A stretch of DNA of 64,000 nucleotides. Origin: Bacteriovoracaceae bacterium (GTDB taxonomy: Bacteria > Bdellovibrionota > Bacteriovoracia > Bacteriovoracales > Bacteriovoracaceae). Positions 38,506-49,653 of this stretch are shown here, piece after piece. The notes beneath the pieces are model-generated. The model ran no database searches and had not been told where the DNA came from. It saw nothing but the letters and a program-made list of their open reading frames with translations. Position numbers and translations under genes: made by a program. The first letter of the stretch is position 1; each line of letters begins with the position of its first letter. The DNA lies in the NCBI GenBank assembly GCA_041586955.1, contig JBFGZE010000004.1:1-64000 (forward strand), read 5' to 3'.

Positions 38506-38862
38506 TTAGTCAACGAGGGAGATAAAACTCATCTTAGCATTATCACCCACACGACCGTCAGCTAACTTAAGAACGCGAGTGTAACCACCAGGTCTCTCTG
38601 TAAAGCGAGGAGCTACATCACCAAAGAGCTTTTGAACAGCATCTTTATTATTAAGTTTTTGAAAAGCTAGTCTTCTATTAGCAACTGTATCAACTTTTGC
38701 TAATGTGATTAATTTTTCAACAAAGCCCTTAACGGCCATACATTTAGTATGCGTTGTCTTAATTTTACCATGGTCAATAACCTCAATGGCCAGATTTCTC
38801 AAAAGAGAAGTTCTATGCGCGGGATTAGTACCAATTCTATATTTTTTTTTCTGATGTCTCAT
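38506..38862 (-). CDS. rplQ: 50S ribosomal protein L17
   Basis: MRHQK..HRTSLLRNL, VEKLITLAK, RPGGYTRV. Confidence 0.97.
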   Translation of the reverse strand: MRHQKKKYRIGTNPAHRTSLLRNLAIEVIDHGKIKTTHTKCMAVKGFVEKLITLAKVDTVANRRLAFQKLNNKDAVQKLFGDVAPRFTERPGGYTRVLKLADGRVGDNAKMSFISLVD

Positions 38863-38885
38863 CGCTGCAACTCCTGTCTTACCTA

Positions 38886-39905
38886 CTATTCAGCGTTTTT
38901 CTCTTGAGCTTCCTTGAGAATATTATCTACTTTCATCCCTAAGCCTAATCCCATCTGGGCTAAAATTTCTTTAATTTCGTTCAATGATTTACGACCAAAG
39001 TTTTTGGTGCGCAACATCTCGCCCTCTGTCTTTGAAACCAACTCATAGATATACTTGATATTGGCATTCTGTAGACAGTTAGCTGAACGAACAGAAAGCT
39101 CTAATTCACTAACTGGTTTTAATAAAGCATTATTAGTTGTGGATTGTGTCTGCTGCGGCTTGCTTTCCATTCTAGCGACTTCTTCCTCGTCTTCAAAATT
39201 TAAGAAAACAGCAAGCTGATCCCTTAAGATCTTGGCAGAAAAAGCGACAGCATCAGCTGGCTCAATACCAGAGTTCGTCCACACTTCTAAAGTTAACTTA
39301 TCATAATCAGTTCTTTTTCCAACTCTAGAGTTCGTTACTGTGTAATTTACTCTATGCACTGGCGAAAAAAGTGTATCGATAAAGATCCAACCTACTGGTA
39401 GATCATACTCTTCCTTATTATCCAGCGCCGTAACATAACCTTTACCACGAGCTATTTTTAATTCTAGGCGGATAGATCCACCAGAACTAATGTTTGCAAT
39501 AACATGATCTGGGTTAAGTACTTCAACGTTGTTATTTTCCTCAATGTCAGCACCTGTAACAGGGCCTTCACCAGTTTTTTCCAGCGTTAAGATAACGTCT
39601 TCTTTCCCTTTCAGCTTAAACCTAACCTCTTTAAGGTTAAGAATAATTTCTGAAACTTCTTCTTTAACGTTATTAATGGTACCAAATTCGTGCTCAACGC
39701 CATCAATACGAATGGCAACAATCCCAGCACCCTGAAGAGAAGATAACAAAACCCTTCTCAAAGAGTTACCTAGAGTTTGTCCATATCCTCTCTCTAACGG
39801 CTTGGCGACAAATTTGCCATATGAAGAGGACAGTGAATCCGTGTCAGCTTCAAGAGCCACTGGCCGAATCATACTTGTCCAATTTTTTGCTATGTAGTTG
39901 TCCAT
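38886..39905 (-). CDS. rpoA: RNA polymerase alpha subunit
   Basis: [44 protein letters not shown]. Confidence 0.98.
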   Translation of the reverse strand: MDNYIAKNWTSMIRPVALEADTDSLSSSYGKFVAKPLERGYGQTLGNSLRRVLLSSLQGAGIVAIRIDGVEHEFGTINNVKEEVSEIILNLKEVRFKLKGKEDVILTLEKTGEGPVTGADIEENNNVEVLNPDHVIANISSGGSIRLELKIARGKGYVTALDNKEEYDLPVGWIFIDTLFSPVHRVNYTVTNSRVGKRTDYDKLTLEVWTNSGIEPADAVAFSAKILRDQLAVFLNFEDEEEVARMESKPQQTQSTTNNALLKPVSELELSVRSANCLQNANIKYIYELVSKTEGEMLRTKNFGRKSLNEIKEILAQMGLGLGMKVDNILKEAQEKNAE

Positions 39906-39926
39906 CTGTGGCGACTCCTTAAATAA

Positions 39927-40313
39927 TTAAACTCTTCTTCTTTTAGGTGCTCGACATCCATTATGCGGGATCGGACTTCTATCTGCAACAGAAGTAATCC
40001 TTAAACCAGCACTTAAAAGCGCACGAATAGCGTTTTCACGCCCCGCGCCAGGACCCTTAACTCGAACATCTACTGATGATAAGCCGTGCTCCATCGCCTT
40101 TTTGGCCGCCTCAACAGAAGCTGTCTGAGCGGCAAACGGGGTCGACTTCTTCGAACCTCTAAAGCCCAACTGACCAGCCGAGGCCCAAGATAATGCATTC
40201 CCCTGAGGATCCGTAAAAGTCACAATTGTATTATTAAAAGATGCCTGAATATGGCAAATACCATGTGTAACATTCTTTTTAACTTTTTTCTTATTAGATA
40301 CTTTCTTAACCAT
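39927..40313 (-). CDS. rpsK: 30S ribosomal protein S11
   Basis: [26 protein letters not shown]. Confidence 0.98.
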   Translation of the reverse strand: MVKKVSNKKKVKKNVTHGICHIQASFNNTIVTFTDPQGNALSWASAGQLGFRGSKKSTPFAAQTASVEAAKKAMEHGLSSVDVRVKGPGAGRENAIRALLSAGLRITSVADRSPIPHNGCRAPKRRRV

Positions 40314-40327
40314 GTCCGCCTCCGAAA

Positions 40328-40711
40328 TTACTTCATCTGTTTAACAGATTTCTTACCAGCAATTGCAGTCGCTGGACCCTTTCTAGTACGAGCGTTAGTA
40401 GAAGTTCTTTGGCCGCGAACAGGAAGTCCTCTTCTGTGCCTAATCCCTCTATAACAACTCATATCTTTGAGGCGTTTAATGTTTAACCCAACTTCTCTTC
40501 TAAGATCACCTTCGACCTTGTATTCATCTTCAAGAATACGACGAATCGTCTGAACTTCTTCCTCGTTCAAATCATTAGAAATTTTATTTGGATCGATGTT
40601 TGATTTGCCCAATACTTCAAGGGCAACTGTTGGTCCAACTCCGTAGATAGATCTTAAAGCTATTTTCATAACTTTATTTCTAGGAATATCAACACCAAGA
40701 ATACGCGCCAT
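40328..40711 (-). CDS. rpsM: 30S ribosomal protein S13
   Basis: [27 protein letters not shown]. Confidence 0.98.
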   Translation of the reverse strand: MARILGVDIPRNKVMKIALRSIYGVGPTVALEVLGKSNIDPNKISNDLNEEEVQTIRRILEDEYKVEGDLRREVGLNIKRLKDMSCYRGIRHRRGLPVRGQRTSTNARTRKGPATAIAGKKSVKQMK

Positions 40712-40740
40712 AGCTACACTCCTACTCGATTAATTTTAAA

Positions 40741-40857
40741 TTAACCTTGTCTTTGTTTATGTTTAGGGTTTGTTTTACAAATTACTCGTAAAACACCTTT
40801 TCTCTTAATAACTTCACAATTTTTACACATTCTTTTTACTGAAGCTCTAACTTTCAT
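40741..40857 (-). CDS. rpmJ: 50S ribosomal protein L36 (Zn-binding type; absent from the ORF track)
   Basis: Translated by hand: [38 protein letters not shown]. Confidence 0.97.
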   Translation of the reverse strand: MKVRASVKRMCKNCEVIKRKGVLRVICKTNPKHKQRQG

Positions 40858-40871
40858 ACCACACCTTCGCG

Positions 40872-41096
40872 TTATTTACCTTTACTTCTATATATAATGC
40901 GACCTTTGCTTAGATCGTACTTACTTATTTCAACTAAAACACGGTCGCCGGGTAAAATTTTAATAAAATGCATTCTCATTTTACCGCTTATATGAGCGAT
41001 AATATGATGACCATTTGGTAATTTTACCTTGAACTTTGTGTTAGGAAGGAGCTCTTTAACCTCTCCTTCAACTTCAATAACATCTTGATCTGCCAT
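40872..41096 (-). CDS. infA: Translation initiation factor IF-1
   Basis: [28 protein letters not shown]. Confidence 0.98.
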   Translation of the reverse strand: MADQDVIEVEGEVKELLPNTKFKVKLPNGHHIIAHISGKMRMHFIKILPGDRVLVEISKYDLSKGRIIYRSKGK

Positions 41097-41120
41097 AATT
41101 AGTCCAAATTAACTCTGGCT

Positions 41121-41149
41121 TATATAACCGAGTCAATACCTCATTGCAA
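41121..41149 (-). promoter_or_regulatory. Sigma-70-like internal promoter upstream of infA
   Basis: Minus strand TTGCAA-N17-TATATA. Confidence 0.55.
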
Positions 41150-41162
41150 GAAAATATTTAAT

Positions 41163-41801
41163 TTATTTTATTTTTTCAATTAATTCACTAAACACTACGT
41201 CAGGCGCCCTTGAGGCGTCAAGACGACACAGCCTCCCTGATTCTTCATAATAAGAAAGGATTGGCCCTATAGTATCAGAAAAGACAGATAACCTTGTCCT
41301 AACAGTATCTTCATTATCGTCTTTGCGCTGCTTAAGCTCTGAGGAGCCGCATTTATCGCATACACCCTCATTGACCGGAGGCTTATACAAAAGATTATAA
41401 ATTTCACCACAGCCACCGCAGGTTCTGCGATTGACAAGGCGTTGAGTCAATAGCTCCAGGTCGAGATCAAAAAATATGGCGACTGAATCTGTACCTTTGA
41501 GAACATGGTCATCTAATAATTTCGCCTGCTCTCTATTACGAGGAAAACCGTCAAAAATATAACTATTAGAAACAAGATCACAATTAGCATTAAGAAGCTC
41601 GAGCACAGTTTGATCATCGACCAACTTACCAGCATTCATAACCTCGGTGACCTTCACACCAAGCTCACTCCCAGACTGGATTTCACTTCTCAAAAGGTCC
41701 CCTGTTGAAAGATGACCAAAGGAATAACCTGTGACCAGTCTTTTGGCCTGGGTTCCCTTTCCTGAGCCCGGAGCCCCTAGTAAAATTAGCTGCTTAGCCA
41801 T
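41163..41801 (-). CDS. adk: Adenylate kinase (Zn-lid type)
   Basis: GAPGSGKGTQ, STGDLLR, DGFPR, CxxC..CxxC lid. Confidence 0.97.
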   Translation of the reverse strand: MAKQLILLGAPGSGKGTQAKRLVTGYSFGHLSTGDLLRSEIQSGSELGVKVTEVMNAGKLVDDQTVLELLNANCDLVSNSYIFDGFPRNREQAKLLDDHVLKGTDSVAIFFDLDLELLTQRLVNRRTCGGCGEIYNLLYKPPVNEGVCDKCGSSELKQRKDDNEDTVRTRLSVFSDTIGPILSYYEESGRLCRLDASRAPDVVFSELIEKIK

Positions 41802-43111
41802 TAAAACCTTCTGTTGCTTCCGCTATACTTACCCTTTGACTTGTGAGAAGTCTCATAACGGTCAGCATATAGGAAAGATTGGATATTCATCATTACTCTC
41901 ATAGACACACTTACCAAAATTAACAAGGCAGTGCCCCCAAAGCGAGTGTCAGCGCCAGTAATTATGGTTGGAAATATACAGATAACCACAAGAAACAGGG
42001 CGCCAAAAAAGGTCAATCGATTAAGGAGGTAGTCTAAATATTCTTTTGTTTTAGTGCCAGGGCGAATCCCTGGTATAAAAGCATTATTTTTCTGAAGCAT
42101 TTCAGACACTTTCTTTGTTTTAAATTGAATAGGAGCATAAAAATACGTCATGTAAACAATTAGCATTGCAAAGAAAATATTAAAGAGAATCTGTCCTGGA
42201 TAAAGGGACTGCTGTATAACTTCTAAATAAGGCTTAAGTGAGCTGTTTTGACCAACAAAACTGGCCATCGTAGCAGGTGCAGCCAATAGCGATGAGGCAA
42301 GGATTGGCGGCATTACTCCACCTGTATCAACACGCATAGGGAGGTTTTGCGACCCTCCATAAACACGATTATGAACAACCTTTTTGGCGAATTGAACAGG
42401 CACGCTCCTAAAGGCCCTCTCGATGAAGGCAACGACATAAAAGCCGATTATAATAACACCAAAACTTAGGAGTAAATTAAAGCCTGACAATTCTCCATTT
42501 TGAAATAAGGTAATTTTTTGGAGAACTTCAGATGGCAACTCAACAGCAATACCAGCGAAAATAATTAGTGAAACACCATTCTCAAGACCAAACTCTGTAA
42601 TTCTTTCACCGAGCCAAAGCAAGAACATAGTCCCACCAGCGAGTGTAATCATCGTTGTAAGCCTAAACAACATTCCTGGATCAGGAATCACGGGCACGCC
42701 ACCAGGACTCTTAAAAGTTTCAAATACTGCTGCTAATCCATAACCCTGAACGCAGCAAAGAAGAACCGTTGCATAGCGCGTCCACTTCTGGATTTTTTTA
42801 TGACCATCTGAATCATCCTGTAGCTCTGCTAGCTGCGGAATGACCTCACCCAGAAGGCTAAAAATAATACTTGTTGTAATATAGGGCATAATCCCTAAAG
42901 CAAGTATGGAAAGCCTTTTAAAAGCTCCACCAGAGAAAGTATTGATCAAATCAAAAATACCGCCACCGGATTCGGCAAAGTAGGATTGAATCGCAGCGCC
43001 ATCTACACCAGGAACGGGTATTTGCGCTGCCATTCTATATACAAATAATAATAAAAGCGTAAAAAAGATCTTTTTCTTGAGCTCTTCAATTTTTCCTTGA
43101 GCAGATGACAT
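41801..43111 (-). CDS. secY: Preprotein translocase SecY
   Basis: ALGIMPYITTSII, WLGERIT..G..NGVSL, FIPGIRPG, FGGTALLILV. Confidence 0.97.
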   Translation of the reverse strand: MSSAQGKIEELKKKIFFTLLLLFVYRMAAQIPVPGVDGAAIQSYFAESGGGIFDLINTFSGGAFKRLSILALGIMPYITTSIIFSLLGEVIPQLAELQDDSDGHKKIQKWTRYATVLLCCVQGYGLAAVFETFKSPGGVPVIPDPGMLFRLTTMITLAGGTMFLLWLGERITEFGLENGVSLIIFAGIAVELPSEVLQKITLFQNGELSGFNLLLSFGVIIIGFYVVAFIERAFRSVPVQFAKKVVHNRVYGGSQNLPMRVDTGGVMPPILASSLLAAPATMASFVGQNSSLKPYLEVIQQSLYPGQILFNIFFAMLIVYMTYFYAPIQFKTKKVSEMLQKNNAFIPGIRPGTKTKEYLDYLLNRLTFFGALFLVVICIFPTIITGADTRFGGTALLILVSVSMRVMMNIQSFLYADRYETSHKSKGKYSGSNRRF

Positions 43112-43122
43112 CCCTGACTATC

Positions 43123-43578
43123 CTATTTTAAGGTTTTTATCTCGCCGCCAGCTTTTTCAATAGCAGCAAGGGCTGTCTTTGAAAATTTATCAATATTAAC
43201 AAATGTTAATTTCTTAGAAATTTCACCATTTGCCAATATCTTAATGCGACGCCTTTTATCTTGCCCGTTTAATAATCCTTTTTCAATAAGAGTTTCACGA
43301 CTCACATCGCCAGACTCAAATTTTGCATCAATATCATTAAGACCAACAATTGCATAATCAACTCTAAAGGGAGCATTTTTAAACCCTCTTTTAGGCAAAC
43401 GCATGTAAAGAGGCATTGCGCCACCTTCAAAGCCAGTTCTTACACCACCGCCAGAGCGAGCTTTCTGGCCTTTATGTCCCTTGCCAGCTTGAGTACCTTG
43501 TCCAGAACCTTGGCCTCGGCCGATTCTTTTAGTATCTCTATGTGCACCAGGGCTTGATAAATTATTTAATGTCAACAT
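43123..43578 (-). CDS. rplO: 50S ribosomal protein L15
   Basis: GRGQGSG..GHKGQKARSG, GFEGG. Confidence 0.97.
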   Translation of the reverse strand: MLTLNNLSSPGAHRDTKRIGRGQGSGQGTQAGKGHKGQKARSGGGVRTGFEGGAMPLYMRLPKRGFKNAPFRVDYAIVGLNDIDAKFESGDVSRETLIEKGLLNGQDKRRRIKILANGEISKKLTFVNIDKFSKTALAAIEKAGGEIKTLK

Positions 43579-43597
43579 ATCTTCCTCTCAATCCAGC

Positions 43598-43780
43598 TTA
43601 TTCATTAATTTCGAGAAGGTGAATAATTTTTTTAATCATTCCCCTAACCGCGGGTGTGTTTTCCAATGTTTTCTTAGTTCCGACTTTTCTTAAGCCCAAG
43701 CCGCGAACATTAGCTTTCTGTCTATCATTAGTACCAATAAGACTTTTTTTAAGTGTTACTGTAATAGTTTTACTCGTCAT
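43598..43780 (-). CDS. rpmD: 50S ribosomal protein L30
   Basis: TLKKSLIG..GLGLRK..NTPAVRGMI; start at ATG 43780. Confidence 0.95.
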   Translation of the reverse strand: MTSKTITVTLKKSLIGTNDRQKANVRGLGLRKVGTKKTLENTPAVRGMIKKIIHLLEINE

Positions 43781-43793
43781 GGTTAACTCCAAC

Positions 43794-44408
43794 CTATTTA
43801 ATTCTTAAACCACCAGCTTCTTTACCACGAGCTTGAGCTACTTCATCAACTGAGCGAAGTTGCTTTAAGGCTTGGAAAGTAGCTTTAACAATATTATGAG
43901 GGTTATTTCCTCGTAAAGACTTGGTTAGAACATTTCTAACACCTGCTAATTCTAAAATAGAGCGACAAGCACCCGCTGCTTTAACACCAGTACCATTAGC
44001 AGCTGGTTTAAATAAAATTTTAGCGGCATCAAACTCACCCAACACTTCATGAGGAACTGTACCTCTATCGAGAGGGACGTTAATCATTTTCTTTTGAGCA
44101 GCTTGAGTTGCTTTTCTAATCGCTTCGGGAACTTCTTTCGCTTTACCAAGCCCGTAGCCTACACGACCTTTTTTATCACCAACGATCATTAGGGCGCTGA
44201 AAGAAAATCTTCTACCACCCTTAACAACTTTAGCAACGCGATTAACCGCTACAACTCTTTCTTCAAACTCAGGAGCTTGAGTTGGTTGCTTGCTAGCGCG
44301 ACGAGGAACTGGTTTTTTACGTCCACCCTTCTTCTCTTTGGCCTCAGCTTCTACTGGCTGAATATTCTCTTCCACTTTAGTCTCTTCTGTTTTAGTTTCT
44401 TCTGTCAT
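43794..44408 (-). CDS. rpsE: 30S ribosomal protein S5 with N-terminal extension
   Basis: [25 protein letters not shown]; start at ATG 44408. Confidence 0.97.
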   Translation of the reverse strand: MTEETKTEETKVEENIQPVEAEAKEKKGGRKKPVPRRASKQPTQAPEFEERVVAVNRVAKVVKGGRRFSFSALMIVGDKKGRVGYGLGKAKEVPEAIRKATQAAQKKMINVPLDRGTVPHEVLGEFDAAKILFKPAANGTGVKAAGACRSILELAGVRNVLTKSLRGNNPHNIVKATFQALKQLRSVDEVAQARGKEAGGLRIK

Positions 44409-44420
44409 GACCAAATCCTC

Positions 44421-44798
44421 TTAGAGTTGAATTCCATTTTCTCGGATAGCCTCAGCAACTGCGGCCACTACACCATGGTATTTATTTCCAGCACGGTCAA
44501 ATACTGCATTAGTAAAATTTCCGTCTTTTAATTTATCCGCGACTGCAGCTCCGACGAGTTTAGCCCCTTCTTTGTTGCAAGTTGCACCTTTAACACCATT
44601 TTTGCCAAAAGTTTGTACAGAAAAAAGAGTTTTTCCCTCTTGATCATTAACTACCTGAACAAAAATATTTTTATTTGATTTGGTAACACATACTCTTGGT
44701 CGTTCACTGCTACCATTTACTTTTTTTCTAATGAAGAGCTTTCTTCTAATTCGCTTAGCTGATTTTGCACTTCTAATTTTTCCAATTGGCTTTCTCAT
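44421..44798 (-). CDS. rplR: 50S ribosomal protein L18
   Basis: RPRVCV..SNKNI, VFDR..YHG.V.A.A. Confidence 0.96.
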   Translation of the reverse strand: MRKPIGKIRSAKSAKRIRRKLFIRKKVNGSSERPRVCVTKSNKNIFVQVVNDQEGKTLFSVQTFGKNGVKGATCNKEGAKLVGAAVADKLKDGNFTNAVFDRAGNKYHGVVAAVAEAIRENGIQL

Positions 44799-44820
44799 AA
44801 CTGCTACCTTATTAAACTAA

Positions 44821-45360
44821 TTATTTTTTAGCACCAGACTTACCAGCTTTTCTGATAATTGTTTCGTCTGAGTATTTAACACCTTTACCTTTGTAAGGTT
44901 CTGGTGGTCTAAAAGATCTAACTTTTGCAGCAGCAAAACCAACAAGTTCTTTACTGCAGCCAGAGATAGCAATTGTGTTTTTATCAACTTTCGCTGTAAC
45001 ACCCTCTGGTAAGTTATAATCGATTGGATGACTGTAACCTAGGTTTAATACAAGCACATCGCCTTTAACCGCAGCTTTATAACCAACGCCGTTAAATTCA
45101 AGTGTTTTAGTAAACCCTTCACTTACACCGACAACCATATTATTAATTAGAGTTCTGGCAGTGCCCCACATAGAACGAGCTACTTTCGTTTCATTTATAG
45201 GTGCAACAACTACCCTCTTGTCCTCTAATTTTATCGTAACAGTGTCTGCAAAAGTATAATCTAGTTGTCCCTTGGGACCTTTCACGTTTACTGTCATGCC
45301 GTCAACTTTAACATCAACTTTTTCAGGAATTTCTACAGGCAATTTTCCAATTCTTGACAT
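44821..45360 (-). CDS. rplF: 50S ribosomal protein L6
   Basis: MSRIGK, LGYSHP, PEPYKGKG. Confidence 0.98.
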   Translation of the reverse strand: MSRIGKLPVEIPEKVDVKVDGMTVNVKGPKGQLDYTFADTVTIKLEDKRVVVAPINETKVARSMWGTARTLINNMVVGVSEGFTKTLEFNGVGYKAAVKGDVLVLNLGYSHPIDYNLPEGVTAKVDKNTIAISGCSKELVGFAAAKVRSFRPPEPYKGKGVKYSDETIIRKAGKSGAKK

Positions 45361-45393
45361 AGCCTTAACCTCTTTATCTAGTTGGCAAACTTA

Positions 45394-45777
45394 TTACCAA
45401 ACATTACACAAAACTTCACCACCAACATTCTTGCTCTTGGCTTCACGCGAAGACATAACCCCGCAAGATGTTGAAATAATACTTGTACCTAAACCACTTA
45501 AGACTCTAGGTAAGTTATTATAGCCTCTATATTGTCTTAAGCCAGGCTTCGAAAAGCGCTGAATTCCAACAATAGCATCCTCTTTTAAAAGGACTTTAAT
45601 ATTAATATCGCTCTTCGACTTAGCAATAATCTTAAAAGAGCGAATATAACCTTCGTCTTTTAGAACCTTGCATACGTTAGCTTTTAATTTACTGGCAGGA
45701 AACTCAACACGGTCGTGACCAGCACTAATGGCGTTGCGAATTCTTGTTATCATATCTGCAATAGGGTCTGTCATCAT
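45394..45777 (-). CDS. rpsH: 30S ribosomal protein S8
   Basis: DPIADMITRIRNA, SKPGLR, GGEVLC. Confidence 0.98.
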   Translation of the reverse strand: MMTDPIADMITRIRNAISAGHDRVEFPASKLKANVCKVLKDEGYIRSFKIIAKSKSDINIKVLLKEDAIVGIQRFSKPGLRQYRGYNNLPRVLSGLGTSIISTSCGVMSSREAKSKNVGGEVLCNVW

Positions 45778-45793
45778 AGCTCAACTCCTCAAC

Positions 45794-46099
45794 TTACCAG
45801 CTAGATTTTGTTACACCAGGAATCATTCCTTTTAAAGCCAATTCTCTAAAAGCAATTCTGGATAAACGGAAAGTACGGTAAAAACCTCTTGAACGCCCTG
45901 TCAGCTCACAACGATTTCTTACGCGAACATCACTTGAGTTCTTTGGTAACCGCTGAAGTTTCATCTGAGCTTCAAACCTTTCTTCTTCAGAAAGTTTTTC
46001 ATTTCTTACTTTCTTTCTTAATTCTTGACGAAGAACTCTGTGCTTTGCCGCCAATTTCTTCTTTTTTTCATTACTAACAATTTTTGCTAATCTAGCCAT
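45794..46099 (-). CDS. rpsN: 30S ribosomal protein S14 (long, Zn-independent type)
   Basis: 101 aa; [20 protein letters not shown]. Confidence 0.97.
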   Translation of the reverse strand: MARLAKIVSNEKKKKLAAKHRVLRQELRKKVRNEKLSEEERFEAQMKLQRLPKNSSDVRVRNRCELTGRSRGFYRTFRLSRIAFRELALKGMIPGVTKSSW

Positions 46100-46121
46100 T
46101 GTATCTTCCCTTTCCTTATTA

Positions 46122-46661
46122 TTAACTTTTAAAAGGCATACCTAATTGAGTCAGAAGCTCGCGCCCTTCCTCATTAGTATTGGCAGTCGTCACAATAGTG
46201 ATCCCCATACCACGAACTTTATCAATTTTATCGTAGTTAATTTCGGGAAAGATGATTTGCTCTTTCAATCCCATATTATAATTTCCCTTTCCGTCGAATC
46301 CCTTAGCTGAAACACCTCTAAAGTCTCTCACTCTTGGAAGAGAAAAGGATACTAGGCGATCAAGAAATTCATACATTCTCTCACCACGAAGAGTGACCGC
46401 TGCGCCTAGCGCCATGCCTTCTCTTACCTTAAATGAGGCAACGGATTTCTTTGCTCTTGAAGTAACTGCCTTCTGGCCTGTGATAGCTGCCAAATCATTT
46501 TTAATACTTTCAACGACCTTTGAGTTCGTGACAGCATCTTTAGTGACACAGTTAATTACAATTTTCTCAAGCTTAGGAATCATGTTTACATTTTTATAAC
46601 CAAACTTTTCACCTAAGGCTTGCTTGATACCATTATTGTATTTTTCTTTTAACCTACTCAT
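46122..46661 (-). CDS. rplE: 50S ribosomal protein L5
   Basis: [23 protein letters not shown]. Confidence 0.98.
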   Translation of the reverse strand: MSRLKEKYNNGIKQALGEKFGYKNVNMIPKLEKIVINCVTKDAVTNSKVVESIKNDLAAITGQKAVTSRAKKSVASFKVREGMALGAAVTLRGERMYEFLDRLVSFSLPRVRDFRGVSAKGFDGKGNYNMGLKEQIIFPEINYDKIDKVRGMGITIVTTANTNEEGRELLTQLGMPFKS

Positions 46662-46679
46662 AATCAAATCGCCTTTAAA

Positions 46680-46991
46680 TTAGTTAAGAACAGTTCCACA
46701 AGCAGCAGCAACTCTAACCGGCTTACCGTCTTTTATTTCAATTTTTACTCTCGTAGCTTTTTTTGTTTTAGGGCTTACAACAGCAATATTTGAAGCATGA
46801 AGAGGCACTTCCACTTCAGTAATTCCACCAGCAGGATTTTCCTGTGTTGGTTTTACAGCCTTTTTAACCAAATTAACACCTGAGACCAAGACCTTATTTC
46901 TTTTGCTAAAGATTTTGGCAACAGTTCCGGTTTTACCCTTCTCTTTTCCTGCCAAAACAACCACTTCATCTTTTACTTTTAGCTTTTGCAT
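46680..46991 (-). CDS. rplX: 50S ribosomal protein L24
   Basis: VVVLAGKEKGKTG KOW motif, PLHASN. Confidence 0.97.
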   Translation of the reverse strand: MQKLKVKDEVVVLAGKEKGKTGTVAKIFSKRNKVLVSGVNLVKKAVKPTQENPAGGITEVEVPLHASNIAVVSPKTKKATRVKIEIKDGKPVRVAAACGTVLN

Positions 46992-47004
46992 TTCGCCACC
47001 TTAT

Positions 47005-47373
47005 TTATAATACTTCTGGAGCAAGAGAACAGATTTTAGTGAAGTTCCTTCCTCTTAATTCACGGGCAACTGGCCCAAAAATACGAGTACCAGAAGGCTC
47101 ATTATTATTATTGAGGATAACAACACTATTATTATCAAACCGAATATAGGATCCATCTTCTCTTCTTATGGGGTAAGCAGTTCGGACAATCACTGCCTTC
47201 TTTACTTCACCTTTTTTAATTTTGCCACCAGGCAATGCTTGTTGAACAGCTACGACGATGATATCGCCCAAGCCAGCTGTCATCCTCTTAGAACCACCCA
47301 ACACTTTAATACACTTGACCTGTTTAGCCCCTGAGTTATCAGCAACATCTAACTTTGTCTGCATCTGAATCAT
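47005..47373 (-). CDS. rplN: 50S ribosomal protein L14
   Basis: [27 protein letters not shown]. Confidence 0.98.
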   Translation of the reverse strand: MIQMQTKLDVADNSGAKQVKCIKVLGGSKRMTAGLGDIIVVAVQQALPGGKIKKGEVKKAVIVRTAYPIRREDGSYIRFDNNSVVILNNNNEPSGTRIFGPVARELRGRNFTKICSLAPEVL

Positions 47374-47417
47374 AACTTGCCTCGCAAATTAACTTATATT
47401 TATTTTAAATAAATTAA

Positions 47418-47672
47418 TTAATTAATATTTAATAATTCCCAATTCTTAAGCTTCGAAAAAGGTCTTGATTCAATGATCGTAACCTTGTCACCAACTTGGG
47501 CCTTATTAGTAACATCATGTGCATGGTATTTTTTAGACTTGGAAACGAACTTATTATACGTTCCATGCTTATACCTTCTAATGACATTGACAACAATTGT
47601 CTTGTCATTTCCGGCGGTTACCACGACACCCTCTAACTTTCTTTTAAACTTTTTAACATCAGCGTTGCTCAT
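47418..47672 (-). CDS. rpsQ: 30S ribosomal protein S17
   Basis: DKTIVV, KKYHAHD, GDKV.I.ESRP.SK. Confidence 0.96.
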   Translation of the reverse strand: MSNADVKKFKRKLEGVVVTAGNDKTIVVNVIRRYKHGTYNKFVSKSKKYHAHDVTNKAQVGDKVTIIESRPFSKLKNWELLNIN

Positions 47673-47689
47673 ATCTAAATCTCGCTATT

Positions 47690-47890
47690 TTAAGAATTCT
47701 TATTATTTTTTGCTGTCATAAGTCGAGCAATATTTTTCTTAATAGTCTTAAGTGCTTGAGGATTTTCGATACCACTGGTAGTTCTTTGCATCTTCAAGTT
47801 AAAATATTCTCTTCTCAATTCAACAACTTTAGCATCAACAGACTTCGCATCTAGCTTCTGAACATCCGCATATTTCATAACTTCTGCCAT
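47690..47890 (-). CDS. rpmC: 50S ribosomal protein L29
   Basis: FNLKMQ..NP..IKKNIARLMT; position between rplP and rpsQ. Confidence 0.94.
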   Translation of the reverse strand: MAEVMKYADVQKLDAKSVDAKVVELRREYFNLKMQRTTSGIENPQALKTIKKNIARLMTAKNNKNS

Positions 47891-47903
47891 AACAGCCTCA
47901 CTT

Positions 47904-48323
47904 TTAAGAATTCGCTTCTTCTTTCTTAATAATTCTAGTTTTTACTGGGAGCTTATACATAGCCAACTTGAGAGCATCTACACTTAATTCTGGATTTTCG
48001 TGCTTGATTTCAAATAAAACACGCCCAGGCTTAATTACAGCAACCCAAGAGTCTGGAGAACCTTTCCCCTTACCCCTCCGAACCTCGGCTGGCTTTCTTG
48101 TTAAAACCTTATCAGGGAAGATTTTAATCCAGACATTACCACCCCTCTTAATTTTACGGGTCATGGCAATACGCGCAGCTTCGATTTGACGGTTAGTAAT
48201 ATACCCACATGTGGTGGCTTGTATAGCAAATTCGCCGAAAGTGATAGTATTTCCACGGTAGGCTTTACCTTTCATACGACCTTTCTGCTGTTTACGCCAC
48301 TTAACCTTTTTTGGACTTAACAT
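47904..48323 (-). CDS. rplP: 50S ribosomal protein L16
   Basis: [32 protein letters not shown]. Confidence 0.98.
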   Translation of the reverse strand: MLSPKKVKWRKQQKGRMKGKAYRGNTITFGEFAIQATTCGYITNRQIEAARIAMTRKIKRGGNVWIKIFPDKVLTRKPAEVRRGKGKGSPDSWVAVIKPGRVLFEIKHENPELSVDALKLAMYKLPVKTRIIKKEEANS

Positions 48324-48350
48324 TTTTTACCTCTGGTACTTAAGCATTAT

Positions 48351-48977
48351 TTATTTATAGATCTCACCCTTATAAACCCAAACCTTAACACCGATTACGC
48401 CGTAAGTAGTGTGGGCCTCTGCTGTATTGTAATCAATATCAGCGCGAAGAGTATGGAGAGGTACTTTTCTTTCAGAATATCCTTCAGCTCTTGCCATTTC
48501 GGCGCCTCCAAGGCGGCCGGCAGTTCTAACACGAATACCCTTTACTCCTGCTCTAAAGGCAGATTGAATAACCTTTTTCATTGCTCTTCTGAAAGCAACT
48601 CGCTTCTCAAGTTGAGCAGCAATGTTTTCAGCGATCAATTTTGCGTCAGCATCAGGTCTCTTAACTTCAGCGATATTGAAGATTAGAGTCCCTTTTGTTA
48701 ACTTTTTAAGGTCACCACGAATTTTATCAATTCCAGTTCCCTTTTTTCCAATTACTACACCAGGCTTGGCCGTAAAAACGGTTACCTTAACCTGATCTGA
48801 AGTTCTAGAGATATCTACATTAGCGACTGACGCGTTTTTCATGTTTTTGTCGACGTATTTTCTTATCGCCAAGTCTTCATGAAGAGCATCAGCATAGTTT
48901 TCCTTGGAATACCAATTTGAATGCCAACCTTTAATATAGCCTAATCTAAAACCGTAAGGATGTACTTTTTGTCCCAT
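48351..48977 (-). CDS. rpsC: 30S ribosomal protein S3
   Basis: MGQKVHP.GFRLG, GRLGGAEMAR, PLHTLRADID. Confidence 0.98.
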   Translation of the reverse strand: MGQKVHPYGFRLGYIKGWHSNWYSKENYADALHEDLAIRKYVDKNMKNASVANVDISRTSDQVKVTVFTAKPGVVIGKKGTGIDKIRGDLKKLTKGTLIFNIAEVKRPDADAKLIAENIAAQLEKRVAFRRAMKKVIQSAFRAGVKGIRVRTAGRLGGAEMARAEGYSERKVPLHTLRADIDYNTAEAHTTYGVIGVKVWVYKGEIYK

Positions 48978-48987
48978 TATTTCCTTC

Positions 48988-49323
48988 CTATGCTTCTTTC
49001 AATTCAACAGTTACGTGACTTGTGCGTTTTCTAACTCTAAATGCACGACCTTGAGCTCTTGGCTGAATACGCTTTAAAGTTGGTCCCTCATCAGCAAAAA
49101 TAGTACTGATTACCAAATTGTCGATATCGTATTTATCAGATTCGGTGGCTATGGCCAATCCACTATTAATTAGCTTTGTTAGCACGATTGCAATTTCTTT
49201 CTTTTGACAGAAACGTAAGATTTTTAAAGCTTCTGATGCTTTTTTATTTCTTACTAAATCGCAAACCTGGCGAACTTTTCTCGGCGCCACACCAACACGA
49301 CTATTTTTAACTTTGATGGCCAT
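48988..49323 (-). CDS. rplV: 50S ribosomal protein L22
   Basis: PRKVR.V, PRAQGRA..KRTSHVTV. Confidence 0.97.
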   Translation of the reverse strand: MAIKVKNSRVGVAPRKVRQVCDLVRNKKASEALKILRFCQKKEIAIVLTKLINSGLAIATESDKYDIDNLVISTIFADEGPTLKRIQPRAQGRAFRVRKRTSHVTVELKEA

Positions 49324-49357
49324 GAGACCTCTCCTCTTTCTTAATCTTAAGTTTTAA

Positions 49358-49636
49358 TTATTTTTTCTTTTTATCTGCACCGTGACCATAGAAGGTTCTT
49401 GTTAGTGCAAATTCACCCAATTTATGACCAATCATGTTGTCCGTAACGTAAACGGGAATAAATTTTTTGCCATTATGGACGGCAAAAGTTAATCCGATAA
49501 ACTCAGGAATGATCGTTGATCTTCTCGACCATGTTTTAATTACCTTGCTTGCTTTAGCAGAATCATCTTGCAAAGAAATTGCTTTCTTTAAAAGTGATTC
49601 GTCAACAAATGGTCCTTTTTTTAGTGAACGGGCCAT
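49358..49636 (-). CDS. rpsS: 30S ribosomal protein S19
   Basis: [24 protein letters not shown]. Confidence 0.98.
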   Translation of the reverse strand: MARSLKKGPFVDESLLKKAISLQDDSAKASKVIKTWSRRSTIIPEFIGLTFAVHNGKKFIPVYVTDNMIGHKLGEFALTRTFYGHGADKKKK

Positions 49637-49653
49637 ATACTTCTCCCTAACGT

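Noticed and set aside
45794..46099. Zn-independent S14 alongside Zn-binding L36
   Set aside because: The same combination occurs in E. coli and many other bacteria; not unusual
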